A stretch of DNA of 64,000 nucleotides from Octopus vulgaris (taxonomy: Eukaryota), in NCBI GenBank assembly GCA_951406725.2, contig OX597823.1, positions 72,664,001 to 72,728,000 on the forward strand. The letters are read 5' to 3'. Positions 28,335 through 43,175 of the stretch are shown one piece after another. Positions within the stretch are counted from its first letter, which is position 1, and each line of letters begins with the position of its first letter. The position numbers and the translations under genes are program-made. The notes beneath the pieces are model-generated. The model made no database searches. It was not told the DNA's origin and saw only the letters and a list, made by a program, of their open reading frames with translations.

Positions 28335-29714
28335 TCCGTTGATGAATATTAACGCATGATCTATGCGTTTCATTATTATATATTTCTCTGAAATTAGACT
28401 CAACTCAAGCACAAGAATTACATCATATGCAAAAGCAGGAGTTGTAATATCCAAGCTCACATATTAGTATTATCTCGATGATGAAGCCCAACTAAACAAA
28501 ATCGTGAATTACAACTGAATGGCTTATTTTCTCGTCACCTGTTCATTGCATTTAGAATAATTATTCCACACATATTCCTGAGAGACTTGTTTCATGAATT
28601 TACATTTCCACTCAAGTGCTATTCATATATTTTAAAAAAACATTATTTTTAATTATGTATTTTGTATGTATAACAGGAATGCTTAATAGTATTTTTCACG
28701 TCTTCCTAATAATATGTTGGATCTATATTATTTTACACTATTTCAGAAATTTACTTTTAACTAAAAATTCAATTAAGATAACAAAACAAATGCCTTAATA
28801 AACAACCAAATGAATTGATAAACATGTTCTTCATTTGACAGCATTTGTAATAATTTAACGATAAAGGATAAAAATTGTGTACAAATAAAAATCTAATTAA
28901 GAAGACCACACTTTAAGGCTGTGTGTTAAGGACTAGATGAATCCGGTAAAATTATATATGAACTTAATAATATTACATAATATACCGAAAGCCCTTTACT
29001 ACAGAAAAGCAAGGAAATTTTATTCTTATTCTTTATGATACACAATACTGAATTACTTTGAGGATTCTCTTGTGATGACGAACTCTCTATAATATAATAG
29101 GGTAACATCCAATTCATAAAATATATTTGTTTCTTCATGAAGCCATTATATCAATGAATATTAATGAAATACTTTCTTGCACGTTTAAATTTTCCATTGG
29201 TGTGTACTTTCAAAGCTAAGGCATTTCGTGCTGGAGAATATATATTTCTTAACCATTACTATAAACTCTTCAGAATTTGCTGGTGGTACTGATTCTTTAT
29301 TCTCACTTTCTAGACGACGCAACCTTTATTCTATAAAACCACATTGTGTTCTAAACATAAACAGAAAAATATTATGTCTTTTTGCATAAAAATCGAACAA
29401 TCAATATCGGCATTTCATTTTCATCAGCCACAGATTTTGAAAATGGTCTTCCTGTTCCCGCACACTGGTGAAGAAATTTTGAATATTCTTTGTTTGGCAA
29501 GAGACGATCTAATAAAACTGAAGCAATTTCATTGTCGTGAATTCATGATAGCTATTTGAAAAAGAAACACGTATCACATAGGACGCAGTTTAAAAAAAAA
29601 ACAAAATTGTATAATACTAATACTATAAGCAAAATGAGACCATCTTTAAAGCACAGATCATGTGCACCACTGTCATGTATAGGTGTGTGTACATACGAGT
29701 GTAAACAACACACA

Positions 29715-29940
29715 GATGTGGTGTAGACAACAAACAGATGTATTAGTATAAAGCTCGCGAAGTGAAAAAGTCTTTAACGTTTCGAGCCTACGCTCTTACA
29801 CAGAAAGGAGCACAGAAAGAAGCAAGGAGAGAAAATAAAGAATATGTAGAGGCTAGAGATCTATCATGGCGAATGCCGGACAGAAGGGTCACACAGGAGA
29901 GCTAGGGAGAAGAGAAGATAATAAAGTAGTGGTGATACAT
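29715..29940 (-). mobile_element. Third copy of the 25.4-kb terminal repeat family
   Basis: Reverse-complement similarity to 25310-25535. Confidence 0.6.
29772..29807 (-). ncRNA. Minimal hammerhead-like motif, CUGUNGA family (copy 3)
   Basis: Minus strand CTTT-CTGTGTA-A-GAGC(GTAG)GCTC-GAAACGTT-AAAG. Confidence 0.5.
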
Positions 29941-31181
29941 AGTCATATACACAACCATACACATGCGTATACACAGACATATCTATAGATAGTGTGTATA
30001 TGTGGGTATTGAAAATTTATATAATCCTTTCCATTGCATTTTCGATAGTAGACCTACGTTTATTACGCATTATTACCACAATTCCTATATTAATAATGTT
30101 GCTCTGATTAAGATTTACATCGTATTTAGTTTCCATTCCACAAAACAGAGACCAACCTTTTAGAATCGATATGCGTGTGTGCACGTCCGTACGTGTATAT
30201 GTGTATTTGTGTGTATGCGTGCGTGAGTGTACAACACATGAAGCTAAATTATATGTAGAATGTGCCATTCCAATTATCTGGAAGTATCTTTTGATGCAAT
30301 TGATAATCTATTGAATCAAACTTAATGTCAGCTGAAAAGAACAGAGAGCAGTGATCATTTCTAGTTTGAAAATAATTGTCTGCCGAAGAAGCCTCTATGC
30401 ACTCGTATATCATATTAGCTCATAGTAATCATACTGGATGTAGTATATTCACTTCTTACAATATTATAAAGGGTCCATAAATACTAGTTTAACTCTAATT
30501 TTATTCAGTCTTCTTTGACTGTAAAACAATCTTTGCATAATCGTCGTATTATAGTATAGAGAATCATGGCATTTTAGACATTTTATACGGAAGTCAATGA
30601 GAGTAATCTTTGAAACTATACTTCTTTGTCGAATAATAGGTTGCATAGCATGATCTACATAATTGGTCGGCTTAAACTACTGCCTTTGTATTCAAACCGT
30701 ATAATAAATATTTCGTTTCATAGTCAATAAAGTGTAACAACTGGTCATTTTACTGGACCTATGCTTCACATCATTGGAGTTTTAAGTGTGTAACGTCAAT
30801 GTCACATAATAACAACGCAGTCTAACACCATTCTCAGTAAACGTTCATGACTTCTATATATTTTCCTAAATGTATACATATATACAGAAAGATAGGAGTG
30901 ATGGAAAGAGGAGAAATGGATGAAAATGCGGATCAATTTTCTAAGGTCTTACAACATTCAATCTTGTAAGATGCAATCTACACACTCATACACACACAAA
31001 CACACAAACGCACACGCGTACACACACATACTCCAATGCACCAACGCATACATATGTGAATATAATGTTACATAAAGCAAGCATATACATACACTCAAAC
31101 TTGTAAATGCTTGCTGTACACCTGTGTGTGTGTTTGTGTAGGGATATTTGCATGAATATCTGTGTCTGTAGAATGAGAGAA

Positions 31182-31224
<43 letters not shown>

Positions 31225-31847
31225 GAGAGAGTGTGTGTGTGGTAGATATATAGATAAGTAAGGAATTGCTAAAATTGATTACAGGGAAATAACACAGATG
31301 GTCATGTAAGTTAGTAAATGAGTTAAGTGACGAATACGGGAAAAACAATTTATAAAACTTGAAACTCGGAGACGTTAAACAATACTTCCATGGGAATTAT
31401 TTTCTACTCTGAAGCAAAACTAGAGGTCCTTTGTATAAAATAATATAGTTCAAGATTGTTACCTGGCCTGGAGAAACCATCAAATATTCTTGAAGCATGA
31501 AAATATGCTTTTCTCTGAAACTGTTAGATTCTTGAAATTATCTCTCCATTTCCAGTAACAATAAATGCCAATTTTCATGAGACCGTTTCTGCATGCATGA
31601 TTCAGATTAACAAATATATATTCAGCTTTTTCATGGTTTTGATTTAATACTAAATTTGGTTATTAATATTACAGTTCACCGAGTTTCACAGAATAGTTCA
31701 TTTCTTTAGTATCTGTTATAAAACTAAATTTCAGAATAGTGACAAATAAGAGCATTGAAATTAAGGTGTGTAAACGATTACCATTTTTTCTCTAATCCAA
31801 ATTTTATAATTGTGGTTCCTGTATTTTCTATTGTAATGTAAAGTATT

Positions 31848-32426
31848 AGTTTCAAATTTTGGCACAGAGCCGGCAATTATTTCAGGGTGGTGTATCAGTG
31901 AATTACATAGACCCTAGTGAACAAATGGTACTTATTTCATAAAACCCGAAATGACGAAAGGCAAAGTTGACCTCGGTGGAATTTAAACTTAGAATGTAAA
32001 GCGCAGACAAAATGCTTATTTCTTTACTACCGACAAGGGGCTAAACACAGAGATGATAAACAAGGACAGACAAACGGATTAAGTCGATTATATCGACCCC
32101 AGTGCGTAACTGGTATTATTTCATCGACCCCGAACGGATGAGAGCCAAAGTCGACCTTGGCGCAATTTGAACACAGAACGTAGCGGCAGACGAAATACCT
32201 ATTTCTTTACTACCCACAAGGGGCTCAACACAGAGATGATAAACAAGGGCAGACAAGCGGATTAAGTCGATTATATCAACACCAGTGCGTAACTGGTGCT
32301 TAATTTATCGACCCCGAAAGGATGAAAGGCAAAGTCGACCTCGGCGGAATTTGAACTCAGAACGCAGCGGCGGACGAAGTACCATAAAGCATTTCGCTCG
32401 GCGTCCTATTCTATTATCTCACCGCT
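31848..32426 (-). mobile_element. Three nested/tandem SINE family D units
   Basis: ~184-bp unit repeated twice (TATTTCTTTACTAC at ~32017 and ~32200), then an older unit with a different tail. Confidence 0.88.
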
Positions 32427-33389
32427 TTGGGTTATTAGTAGCTAATTGAAAAAAAACTGCTGTACAAGAAATTCGCGGAAAAATATATATTGGAAATAAA
32501 ATTTAGTAATGAATCTTAAAGTAAAATATTTTTAGAAAGATTACCAAGAGAAATGTTATTTTTACAATGTCTATTTTGAAAGGTTCAATATTCAGAGGAC
32601 AAAGATTAGTTTGATAACTAGCTAATTGTTTAATTAGCCTTTCGTTGCAGAAAGAACTGAGATTTTTATATTTTAAGCCATGCAACAATGCAAAGCAAAA
32701 ATAAAAGAAAAGAGGAATCCGACTCCTTCAGCATATTTAAAAAGTTCACCATGTCTTCTATATCATTTCTGATTCGTTGACTGAATTTTCAATAGTAAGA
32801 GAAATGTGGTACATGGAAATTTAAAACACCGCGTTGTTTGTTTCTTTGCATGTGTACATGTGTACATGTATATGCGTTTGAGTGTATGTATGCATATATA
32901 TAGTGCTGAAAATGAATACTTATCTAGACATAAAAGGAAAGAATATTCATTGAATATTGGACTCATTACCATCATGGATCAAGTTTTGTTTTTACGTTTC
33001 ATAATTTTATTAACAGTTATTCCAAATACTTCGTGTGAATAGGCTAAATAGTTGACGAAAATAGGAAACACGAAATCATTGCCCATAAAAGGTAGACGAT
33101 ATATATCTAGCTACCACCCACCTATTGTGCATCAGTATATATATGTATATATATATTTGGGTAGTTATATGAATTATCTTATTAAGGATAATTCGAGAGA
33201 TAACCGATACCTGTGTAGCAAATTCACATCAGAAAGAACACGGTTGAAGCTACGTCCCGAGGGCATAGACTACGTGTCTTCATGCGGAAATTTGTATGTT
33301 TATTTTAAAATTATAAGTATATGAAATAATGGAGTTGAACTCAATTCTTTCATATACTTATAATTGCTTATTCTACTTATAATTTTAAA

Positions 33390-33482
<93 letters not shown>

Positions 33483-34161
33483 TGCAAATGTATCCGCATA
33501 GTAAACTGTTGCGTAGTGTTAATTTCTACATTGTGCATCTCGATCACGTGTGATAAATATTGTTTGTGGTGAGTACGTGAAAGGGGCACGATTGTACGTG
33601 AAAAGGAATCAAACTAATCTACCAGAAGGCAAACTAGGGCTATATATTCTGTGATTGTGCATGAGCAGGTTTGGTCTAGGTGGTAAATAACTAGATCTAT
33701 CAGTTTTCCTGGAAAAAAAAAGCTTGAACTGAGCTTTGCAAGACATGCAGTTCTACATGGGGTCGTTCTGATTATAAGGTCCAGGCAAAAATCTATGCGT
33801 AGCGACAGCATTTCACAAGCCATGAACACAAGTTAGTAATCCAAGATCTTCTTCGGTGGTATCTTCATAGATAGATGGCAATCTCATTCTCTAGTTATCA
33901 TAATAAAACATTACTAATGAAATATTTTCAAAGCAATTTATCAATATATTTTTTTTCTAAGTATTGGTGAGTAATGTTAAATGTGTGTGTGAAAGAAGTC
34001 TATGCTTAAGCCAAATTACATTTTCTTTAATTTTCTTTAACACACACTTCTTATATTTGCTCACTATGTATATGTGCACACACAGACAGACACATTCACA
34101 CACACGGACACACACACATACGCACATTTATCTATCTATATACGTGTGTGTGTGTGTGTGA

Positions 34162-34205
<44 letters not shown>

Positions 34206-34231
34206 TTATGTACATATAACAAGTAATATAC

Positions 34232-34270
<39 letters not shown>

Positions 34271-34400
34271 AGTGAATTGCTTTATCTGAGCAACGCTTCG
34301 GTAATGGATGCATTTCCTATTATAAATTATGCAAAACTGAAACCTACGAAATTGTGATGTGATTTCAAAATATTATTATGTGGTTTGATTTTATTATTGC

Positions 34401-34435
<35 letters not shown>

Positions 34436-35296
34436 CATTTATTTTATGTATATTTGAATGTCTCTTCTTTTAATGTTAAGCAACAACGTGTATTATATTT
34501 GTATTCACTATACCTATTATCGATATGACTTCTGTAAATAAAGACTTAATTCATTGATATGGACATCTTAATATTGCACCTCACTATCAGCAAACTATTT
34601 CTAGGAGATATTAATGGAATGCGGGAATAGCAATCTAGTAGATAGAGAAGGCGATTTCAAGAGACCGATAAGTAAAAGCACATAATTTCTGGTCTTCGAA
34701 GGCGATATAAAGGTGGCAGTTTGCTATCAGTACCTTCAAAGTTATATACTTTGTTCTCCATGCATTTTTTAATATTTCAGTTGTTACTCAAATTAAGACG
34801 GAATGGCGTTTCTTCTCTCGTATATTCAACGTGCAGATATATTAATGAAATGTTTTGTTGGCTATCGACAAATACACTACGAGGCTTTAGATAGTATTTT
34901 ATTAAGCTTATTTACTGTATTACTTGGTTTAACTCTTTTTAAATGATTATGATGGTGGAGAAGGCTTTACAATTTTCTTTTCATGTATACTACGCAATTG
35001 CCTCGTCAAATTCGGTTTCAGCGGAATTCAATTGGAATAACTTATGATTAAATTAAGTGATAGGAATTACTATGTGCATCATAAAATCTATGAAATAGGA
35101 TATCTTTATTTATAACAATACGAAAGACCAGCAATGTTAAACGCAATTTCATCAACATTTTATAGAATTGTAAGAATTGAAGCATTGTAAAATTGAAATG
35201 TAGATGATTTGGGTCTCCACTGATGTTGAAATATGTATTTATCCGTATATACAATATGGTAGTTAAATTAAATAACGACACTAGATTATATGTAGC

Positions 35297-35558
<262 letters not shown>

Positions 35559-35740
35559 AAGATACCGAATGTTTAACTCATGATTAACTGTTCTCTGACC
35601 CGTCATCAGAAGATATTTCACCTTTATTCAATAGTAAATAGCTATGGATAACCAACACAAAGGACAACACAGATGTCATTCATAATTTGCGAAGAAGATA
35701 ATTTCATTAACTAATTAATTAACATTTCATACATTATGTG

Positions 35741-35851
35741 GAAGACTCGTGAGTTAGTGGTTTGGTTATTCGGCTCACGATCATAATTTCCATTCCCAGC
35801 GAGGCGTTGTGTCCATAAGCATGACATTTCTTTTGACGCTGCTTCAGTCCA
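35741..35851 (+). mobile_element. SINE family B 5' fragment, cut by the ORF1-only element
   Basis: Diverged similarity to 7942-8060. Confidence 0.55.
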
Positions 35852-37499
35852 GGCTACTTACAATTTAATTAATGTTTCTTCGGGCGGGAACTACTTATTC
35901 CCTTCCCCTCCTGCGTCTTCTCTTGTGGGGTGTGGTGAGATTTCACCCAATTTTAAAAAAAGTCTGGCCGGAACTCATTCGTCGACGGCCCGACCCAATT
36001 TGGGTAAGTTTCTTACGTGCCATGTTCTTTGCACATTGAAAAAGTGGTAGTTCACTGTCGTATATGATTTTGTGTCAATCTCTTTCAATTTCATCTGTTT
36101 AAGTGTTTTTTCCAAAGGAGGCATCTTCAGTGTAAAACACTGAAATGCCTTCATCAAATAGATCGGCGCAAGGCGGCCAAGTTTTGTTAGTGGGGGCTGG
36201 GGCCTAGACTGGGGCGTTGGGCGTGGGGTGGATAATGTGGACTGCGTTCAAGGGCCAGGGTTTGTTTCCGGCGAGGGTTGGGGCACAAGGAGTTTTGGGG
36301 GGAGAGGGACAATAGGTGAACGAGGGAGTGGCTTGTAGTGTCTGGGGATGGTGGGTTTTGGCCGGCGTGCACTTGGGTGGAACACATCATTTTCCCCTTT
36401 TTGATAAAATATTTCTTTCCACTGCGTTTGTTCTGGTGCATCAGTAGTTTCTTCAGTTACTGCTGCTACTGCCACTGCTGCTGTTCTTGATGGTTATCTC
36501 AATGCCACTGCTGCTGCTGCTGCTGATTGCTTAGTCGCTGTCACCGCCGCCAAATTTAAAACACCTCCGCTACCTTCCTTCCACCATTACCTTCATGCTG
36601 ACTCCTTCGTTGATCATAATCTGATGTGGAATCTCTTCTAAATCTCCGTTTTAGATTGAATCAACAATTCAAGAGATTGTCCTTTCCAATTCTGTCCAGG
36701 GAACTTCTTTTCCTGTGAAATGTTAATTTTTTTCCTCTTGCATGAAGCTGAAGGCCTCTATCATCCAATTTAAATTTACATCTGGTGAAAATTCTTCCAC
36801 TCTCATTTTCGATGTCCTTTTACCCCGATAAGTGTGGAGAACAATTTCAGATGACTTTAACGGCTTCGTTGAGTGCTTTCTAGCAATTTCCTCGATGGAA
36901 AACTGTACTTCCACGGTGGTATACATTTTACCTTTACCAGCGTATGATGTTTCTCTCCATTTCGGTTGTAAACATTTCTCCACTTGCACGTTCGGTGCTG
37001 CCATAATTCTTTTTTCCTTTATATTAAAAATTTTATAAATAATGGTTCTCTGCCTACAGTATTCCCGGCCTTCTTGCAAAGCCTTGATACTTAATTAATC
37101 CCAAAATATCTACTTCAGCTGCCTTGGAATTGGCGGCAGCAACATGGGCGAAATTAATTGATTTTTCCTTTGCTTTCTCAATTTTTTGAATTACGAGCAG
37201 CGCTGAGAACACTTCACTTGATAATTCAGAATCGTTCGGCGACCCTGACTCGTTCGCCATTATATCAAACTATATTTGTTCCATAATAATGCTTTTTAAG
37301 CAATAGAAAATAATTATTTTCGCCCCTTAAAAGGTGGGAAAAAACACAATTATTTACCCTTCAATAAGGGAAATATAACAGCAAAAATTCAACAAGTTCA
37401 ACAATAATAATTCCAACAGCAAATTAAACTTACTTTAAGCCACAACGAAGTGAAAAGGATGACGCCAAAGAAGTGAATGTTTAAGTGTTGAAAAAATCC
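35852..37499 (-). mobile_element. L1/Tx1-like ORF1 relic with no ORF2 (HAL1-like)
   Basis: 5' UTR, then MANESGSPND..., ...TVEVQFSIEEIARKHSTKPL...TYRGKRTSKMRVEEFSPDVNLNW, then Ala- and Pro-rich low complexity. No EN or RT motifs before the element ends. Confidence 0.5.
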
Positions 37500-40254
37500 G
37501 TGTATCTATTTGGCACCGAATATATGGAGAAATTCAATTTATAGGATACACCCATAAGCGCTTTGTGCAATAACAAACGACTGAAAGAAGTCGATGAACT
37601 ACAACAAAAAATAAAATAAACTTTCCGAAAGTTGTTTCGGAAGGTTTAAGCCGTTGCACAAACACAAAAGCAAGGATTGCTATCAAAGAAAATTCAACAC
37701 CTATTTTCAGGCCTAAACGGAATGTGACGTATGTGGTTGTAGACCAGGTCAATAAAGAACTAGAAAGACTGGAAGCCTGAATATAATTGAAAATATCACT
37801 ATCCAGATTTGGCTGCACCGGTGGTCGACATGAAAAAAAGTTAAGAGCGTGAACAGAGTTCGCAACAGGACCCAACGACTGTTTACACACACACAATTGC
37901 CCAGTACCAAACCCAGAAGTATTTGCTAAACTAAACGGAGGTAAAATGAACACGCACCGTGGACTGTACAAGTTCAAACCACTGCCGCTTGGAGTAAATG
38001 TGGCACTCGCTACATACCAACAAATAATGGATGCGATCTTGAGTGATTGCGACTTCGCCATCCAATCCCTCGATGCTATTTTGATAAAGAGCGATTCTCG
38101 GGTGCAACACGTCGAACACATAAAGAAAGTATTCAAAGAGAATAAGTGAATATGGCCTAAAACTGACAGAAGGAAAATGCGAATTTTTGATGGCCAAAAT
38201 AAGATACCTAAGTCTAGTAATCGACGAAAGTGGACGCAGACCGGGCCCATCAACTGCGACGACAATGCGCAATATGCTGCCGCCGGCGAATGTGACAATG
38301 CTATAAGCATTCCTTGGCTCGGTAAATTATTATTATTATCATTAATTATTATTGTCAAGTATATATCCCAAATATTCATAAGGTAAAGCGCCATTTAATT
38401 AATTACTAAATATAAATGTCAAATGCGTTTGAACAGAGAAGTACTCGAAAACATTTAACAAGTTAAACGATGTGTTAACTTCAGTGTTGTATTTTACGCA
38501 TTTCGACCAAAAGTTAGGGATAATACTAGCTACAGATACTAGCGAGTATGAGATAGGAGCCGTGTACCTACACAATGATAATAATGGTAGGAGAAAGGCC
38601 ATGGCTCACACATCAAGAGCGTGATTGATGGCGGAAAAGAGCTAAAGCCAGATTGGAAAAGACGATTTGGCTGTTAAATTTGGCGCTCCAAAATTCAACT
38701 GGTTCATTCACGGCAGAACTTTTTGGTTGCAAACGGACTATAGACCTCTAATAACGATATACAGTTCCAAGAAAGGAATCGCGTCACATACGGCAAACAG
38801 ACTGCAGCGGTGGGGCAGATATTCGATATCTTGTTTGAAGGCAGATATTAAACTATCTGCATTCAACAAGTTGGGGCGAGCTGATGGTCTGTCACGGTTA
38901 ATTCCGAGAGATAACGAACCGCTGGAGGACACCGTAATTGCAGTGCTAAGAGAGGAAGCGGAAACGAAAAAAGTGATGTGGAATATCGTGCGGAAATTAC
39001 CAGTAAATTTGGAAGAAATGCGAGAAATGACGAATTTATTAATGAGACAACAAAGAAAATTACGGTCGACAAAAGGAAATAAATGCAAAGAACCACCAAG
39101 ATGGGAGCGTGTAATCTATATGTGATGGTGTACTAATATATGCTCATAAAGTGGTCATACCGCAGACATTACAGAAGAGAATGCTAAAAGAGTTCCATAT
39201 GAGATATCCACGCATCTCTAGAATAAAGGCGCTGATGTGAAGTTTCGTATACTGGCCAAGCATTGAGAAGGAAGTTGAAATCCTGGTAAAATGCTGCAGA
39301 GGATATGCGGTGGCAGCGAAACTAACTACTACAAAATGTGAACCTTGACCGGAAGTGAAAATACCATCGTCGTGATTGCATATCGATTTTGCAGGCCCGG
39401 TAAATGTATATCATTACTAAAAAGTAGTAGACAGCTACACAAAATGGCCTGAGGTCGCAAGGTGCAAACGACCAACCTCACATACGGTAATAAACTTCTT
39501 ACACCAGCTGTTCACAAGATTTCGTATACCGGATATAATTGTCTCTGATAACGAAGCACAGTTTGTATCCTGTGAGTTTAAAAGACTCTACGAGATATTC
39601 ACTTTAAAACAGAACATAAGACTATAGCACCATATCACCCAAGATCGAATGGAAGGGCCGAACTGTTGATGGATTCTTTTATGAGAGCTTTAAAGAAAGC
39701 TAATAAGGGATCCACGGATGAGGTCACGATCCAACAATTCTTAACGGTATACAGTGTAACTCCGAATTCAAACGCGCCAGAAGAAAGTTAGCCAGCAGAA
39801 TTAATGTTTGCCAGAAAGGTGAAGTCAGTATTCGATAAACTGCTACCAGTGAACAAAAAAAATATGTGCTAGTTAAGATATGCCAAAACTCTTTAGAATC
39901 GATAATAAGGTATATCTAAGAATGTACAAAAATGATAAGCAATACTGAGAAGGAGATATTGTAATATACATAGGAAGAATGATGTATGGTGTAAGAAGCA
40001 GAAATGGAATATAAAGAGAGATAGAAATCAGCTTAAGGAAAGAGGCATAGAAAAGGAACCAACAATAGTAGAAATACCAATGGATTGGCTATATGATACT
40101 TTCCAGGTCCAGCACCGTTGCAAGAAGTCTAAAGAAGAACACTGAGTTCCTAAAAGTAGACCCCAAAAAGAAACGATATTGAGTATATGAAAAAAGGAGG
40201 AGGAAGGGTGAATAAAAGAAATTGATTGTTAAATAAAATAATTAAAAGGGGCGA
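37500..40254 (+). mobile_element. Decayed Ty3/Gypsy pol (end of protease, RT, RNase H, integrase)
   Basis: LFGTEY..FNL; PIFRPKRNV; NTHRGLYKFKPLPLG; LATDTSEYEIG; GRTFWLQTDYRPL...ANRLQRW; LHIDFAGP...VDSYTKWPEV...VSDNEAQF; PYHPRSNGRAE. Many stops and frameshifts. Confidence 0.92.
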
Positions 40255-40510
40255 CGTTGTATAGTGACACTGTACACCTTTCCCGGTAAAATGTGGTAGA
40301 AAACATAAACAGATAAGTAGCCCGTCGTCAAGTGAGGGTCAGGGGCCGAAGAATTGAGAGCCGACAGTTCTAGTGGGTATCTTGTGGTGTTATCAGTGAT
40401 TGAAAGATATAAGTCAGTGTATTACTATTCCGGTAGGAAGAGATACAGCGATATCAGATGACTAGTAGCTATTGTGGCTACTAGCGTAAAACATCAACTA
40501 CAGTACAACA
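40255..40510 (+). mobile_element. 3' LTR of the Gypsy element
   Basis: Follows the purine tract AAAAGGGG; termini (C/T)GTTGTA...TACAACA. Confidence 0.7.
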
Positions 40511-41699
40511 GCAGTCACATATCACACCAGTGGGAGGAACACACTTTACAACATTCAAAATTTAGAAGTTATAGGGTAGAGGCTTACTTTTGCTAAGCTA
40601 GAACCGATTGAATCATCAAAAATGCAACGGTAACAACCAGTTCATTAACATCTCAGTACAAGTTTCAAAACAATTAAAAGGCTGTTGAGGAGACTATCTG
40701 AGAATCTATTGGTCAGTACTCCATAAATTGTAATAGTTTTTGCAGCAGAAAAAAAAATTGAATCTCATAACTGACATTAAAATGATGTAAATTTTAGCGC
40801 AGATTAGTTGTGATATTATATGTTTAATTGGTCGTTAAATTGTTATAAAAAGATACATGCATAAAATTGCAAACATTTAGAAAATGGAAAATCTTAATGT
40901 TGCGTTATAAAACAAGTTAGAAAACATTCATACAAAGTGAACAAAATACGGAAAAAACATTTATCTATTTGGGTAATTTCTCTATTGGCAATGCAACAAA
41001 TTCCAAACTGTTCACATGCCTTATGTATCCCTTGTATATAATGCATATAAATCAGGGGACTCTTTACGTTCTTTTCTGCAGATATTTACATACGTATAAA
41101 TTAGTTAAAATACGTCGCATAATTGTTTTTTTTTTCTGGCAGAAGGCTCAGTCGCTATCATTGCTGAATTGTTTGATATTTTGTGCGGTACTTTCTCTAA
41201 ATCACGTTGGCATTCGAAAACCAAAGTAGAATAAGCTTTGGGAACTATGATATTGAACGACAGGTAAATCTCACTGCGAGGGTGAAAAGTTAGAAGAAAT
41301 TGTGTTTAAAAACAATCGAAGGCAGCAAAAGAGACAGCAGATCTAAACGACCATTTTATGTCAAACAAAATCATTCATCGTCAGTGCGATAAAATTGGAC
41401 ACCATGGAAGGGCTGCAATTGCTAAACTGCTTCCCTCAATCATAAACATTCATAAGCATGAAGGAAATTTTTCCTAGATCACCAGAAGTTGTCACTGAAT
41501 TGTTGAATAACGTCAACCGCACTGATGAATTATGATTCTCCCTTTTCCCCACTTCGAATCGAGTTTATGTCTGAAGACAGCCCAAAGGAGTTTTTAACCC
41601 TGACTGCTTGACAACCACTCTAAATCATGTGATGATGTGGTCACCTATATCACGTGATGATTTGGTCACCAATATATCTAGACCATTTAGTTTTTGTGC

Positions 41700-41965
41700 C
41701 TGGCAGAGTTTTGGTCAAGAATTGTCTGAGATACCTCCGGTACAATAATGATAGCTCGATATTCCAGGATAATATTGCGCCAATTCAGAGGGCATAGGCA
41801 CTACATCTCAATATACGGAATATTTATGTCATATTTTCGAGAAGTTCCCTTCCAGGGTCGTCTCAAGTAAGTTCTATTTGGAGAATGATTTAAAATTATT
41901 CTAATAGCATTTCAGGCACTGCATGGGTCAGTTCCTCCGTGCATTAAAACTGTTATTGATACCAA
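41700..41965 (+). mobile_element. Very decayed CR1/L2-like 3' coding relic
   Basis: IQRA...FQGRLK...AFQALHG.VP peptides in shifting frames. Confidence 0.35.
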
Positions 41966-43175
41966 AGGTATTTCCATTATTTTGTCCGAAAATTTTATTC
42001 AGACACACACAGACACATACTCATATGAACTACACATATATATCTTAAACTATTTGTAAGAATATAGAACGACTTGTGAGTATTTATCGCTAAATCAAAA
42101 CACAACTATGCGTATGTACAGCTACACCTATGTATAAATCTTTCGACACTAGCTTACCGATTATTTAATATAACGAAAATTCAAAGTAATATGCAAGCAT
42201 CGATATGTGTGGAAATGATAACATTAAAATTATAAGAAGAACCTGGGAATGCAAAATTACTAAATGTATTTAGAATGAAAAATTAAAATTTGATAAAATG
42301 TATATGAATATGAATTACATATTTACTTAATAATTATTTCATATAGAGCTTGCATTTAAACACATGAAAAAGGTAATGTGTGTGAGTACACATAGTTAGA
42401 CACACAAACACACTCCCATACACAGATGTATAAGTAATAGACAGAAATAATAGGTTATATACACATATTTATTGTCGGCTTAGGTTCATATTTGGGTGCG
42501 TTCATAAGTCAATTTTATCAATCGATCTACTGATCAACCAAAGATGTAAGGAACAATCCTCCCAGCAATATCTTCGTCTTAGTCAAAAGAAATCAATTGT
42601 CAGTAGAAAAAGAAAATATATAAGAAAATATATAAGAAAATATAAAAGTATTTTATTTGGACGGTGTGGTAGTTTTACAGAACTAGGTCACCCATCAAAC
42701 TTAAGCTATTTTCTCTCTTACCGCAGGTGAATAACATTGACACTCAGTACATTTGAGACTCTAGAATGTCTTTAGAATCAGTGGTAGACTTTTGGCATTT
42801 ACTGCTACACTTTCAGTTATAATGTGAGGGGCAACATTTGCAGATATACAAAGCAAAACATAGCTAATGCATTGTCAAAGTTTTAGACATAAAGTATTAA
42901 TATCTATCTAATTAATTATCGAGAAATTTATATAAGTAAAAGCAGTAAACAGAACTAATAAGAAATAGTAATCAGGGATGATAAATAAATAAACTATAAC
43001 AGATAATGTAACAGTTGTACTAAGGCTACATGTAATCCTAAATTATCTAATTTTTATTAAAGCATGTGAAATAACGAATCTAATACATGATTCTTACGTG
43101 GAGTCGTAGAGTAAATTACAAAATAATATCAAATACAACCAAAGCGACCGGAAACAACAAAGGCAAAGATGGGAT

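Noticed and set aside
35575-35620. Minus-strand CTGATGACGGGTCAGAGAACAG
   Set aside because: No GAAA box and no stem I pairing; at best a deleted remnant.
37534-38394. 286-aa minus-strand ORF
   Set aside because: Antisense shadow of the Gypsy RT relic.
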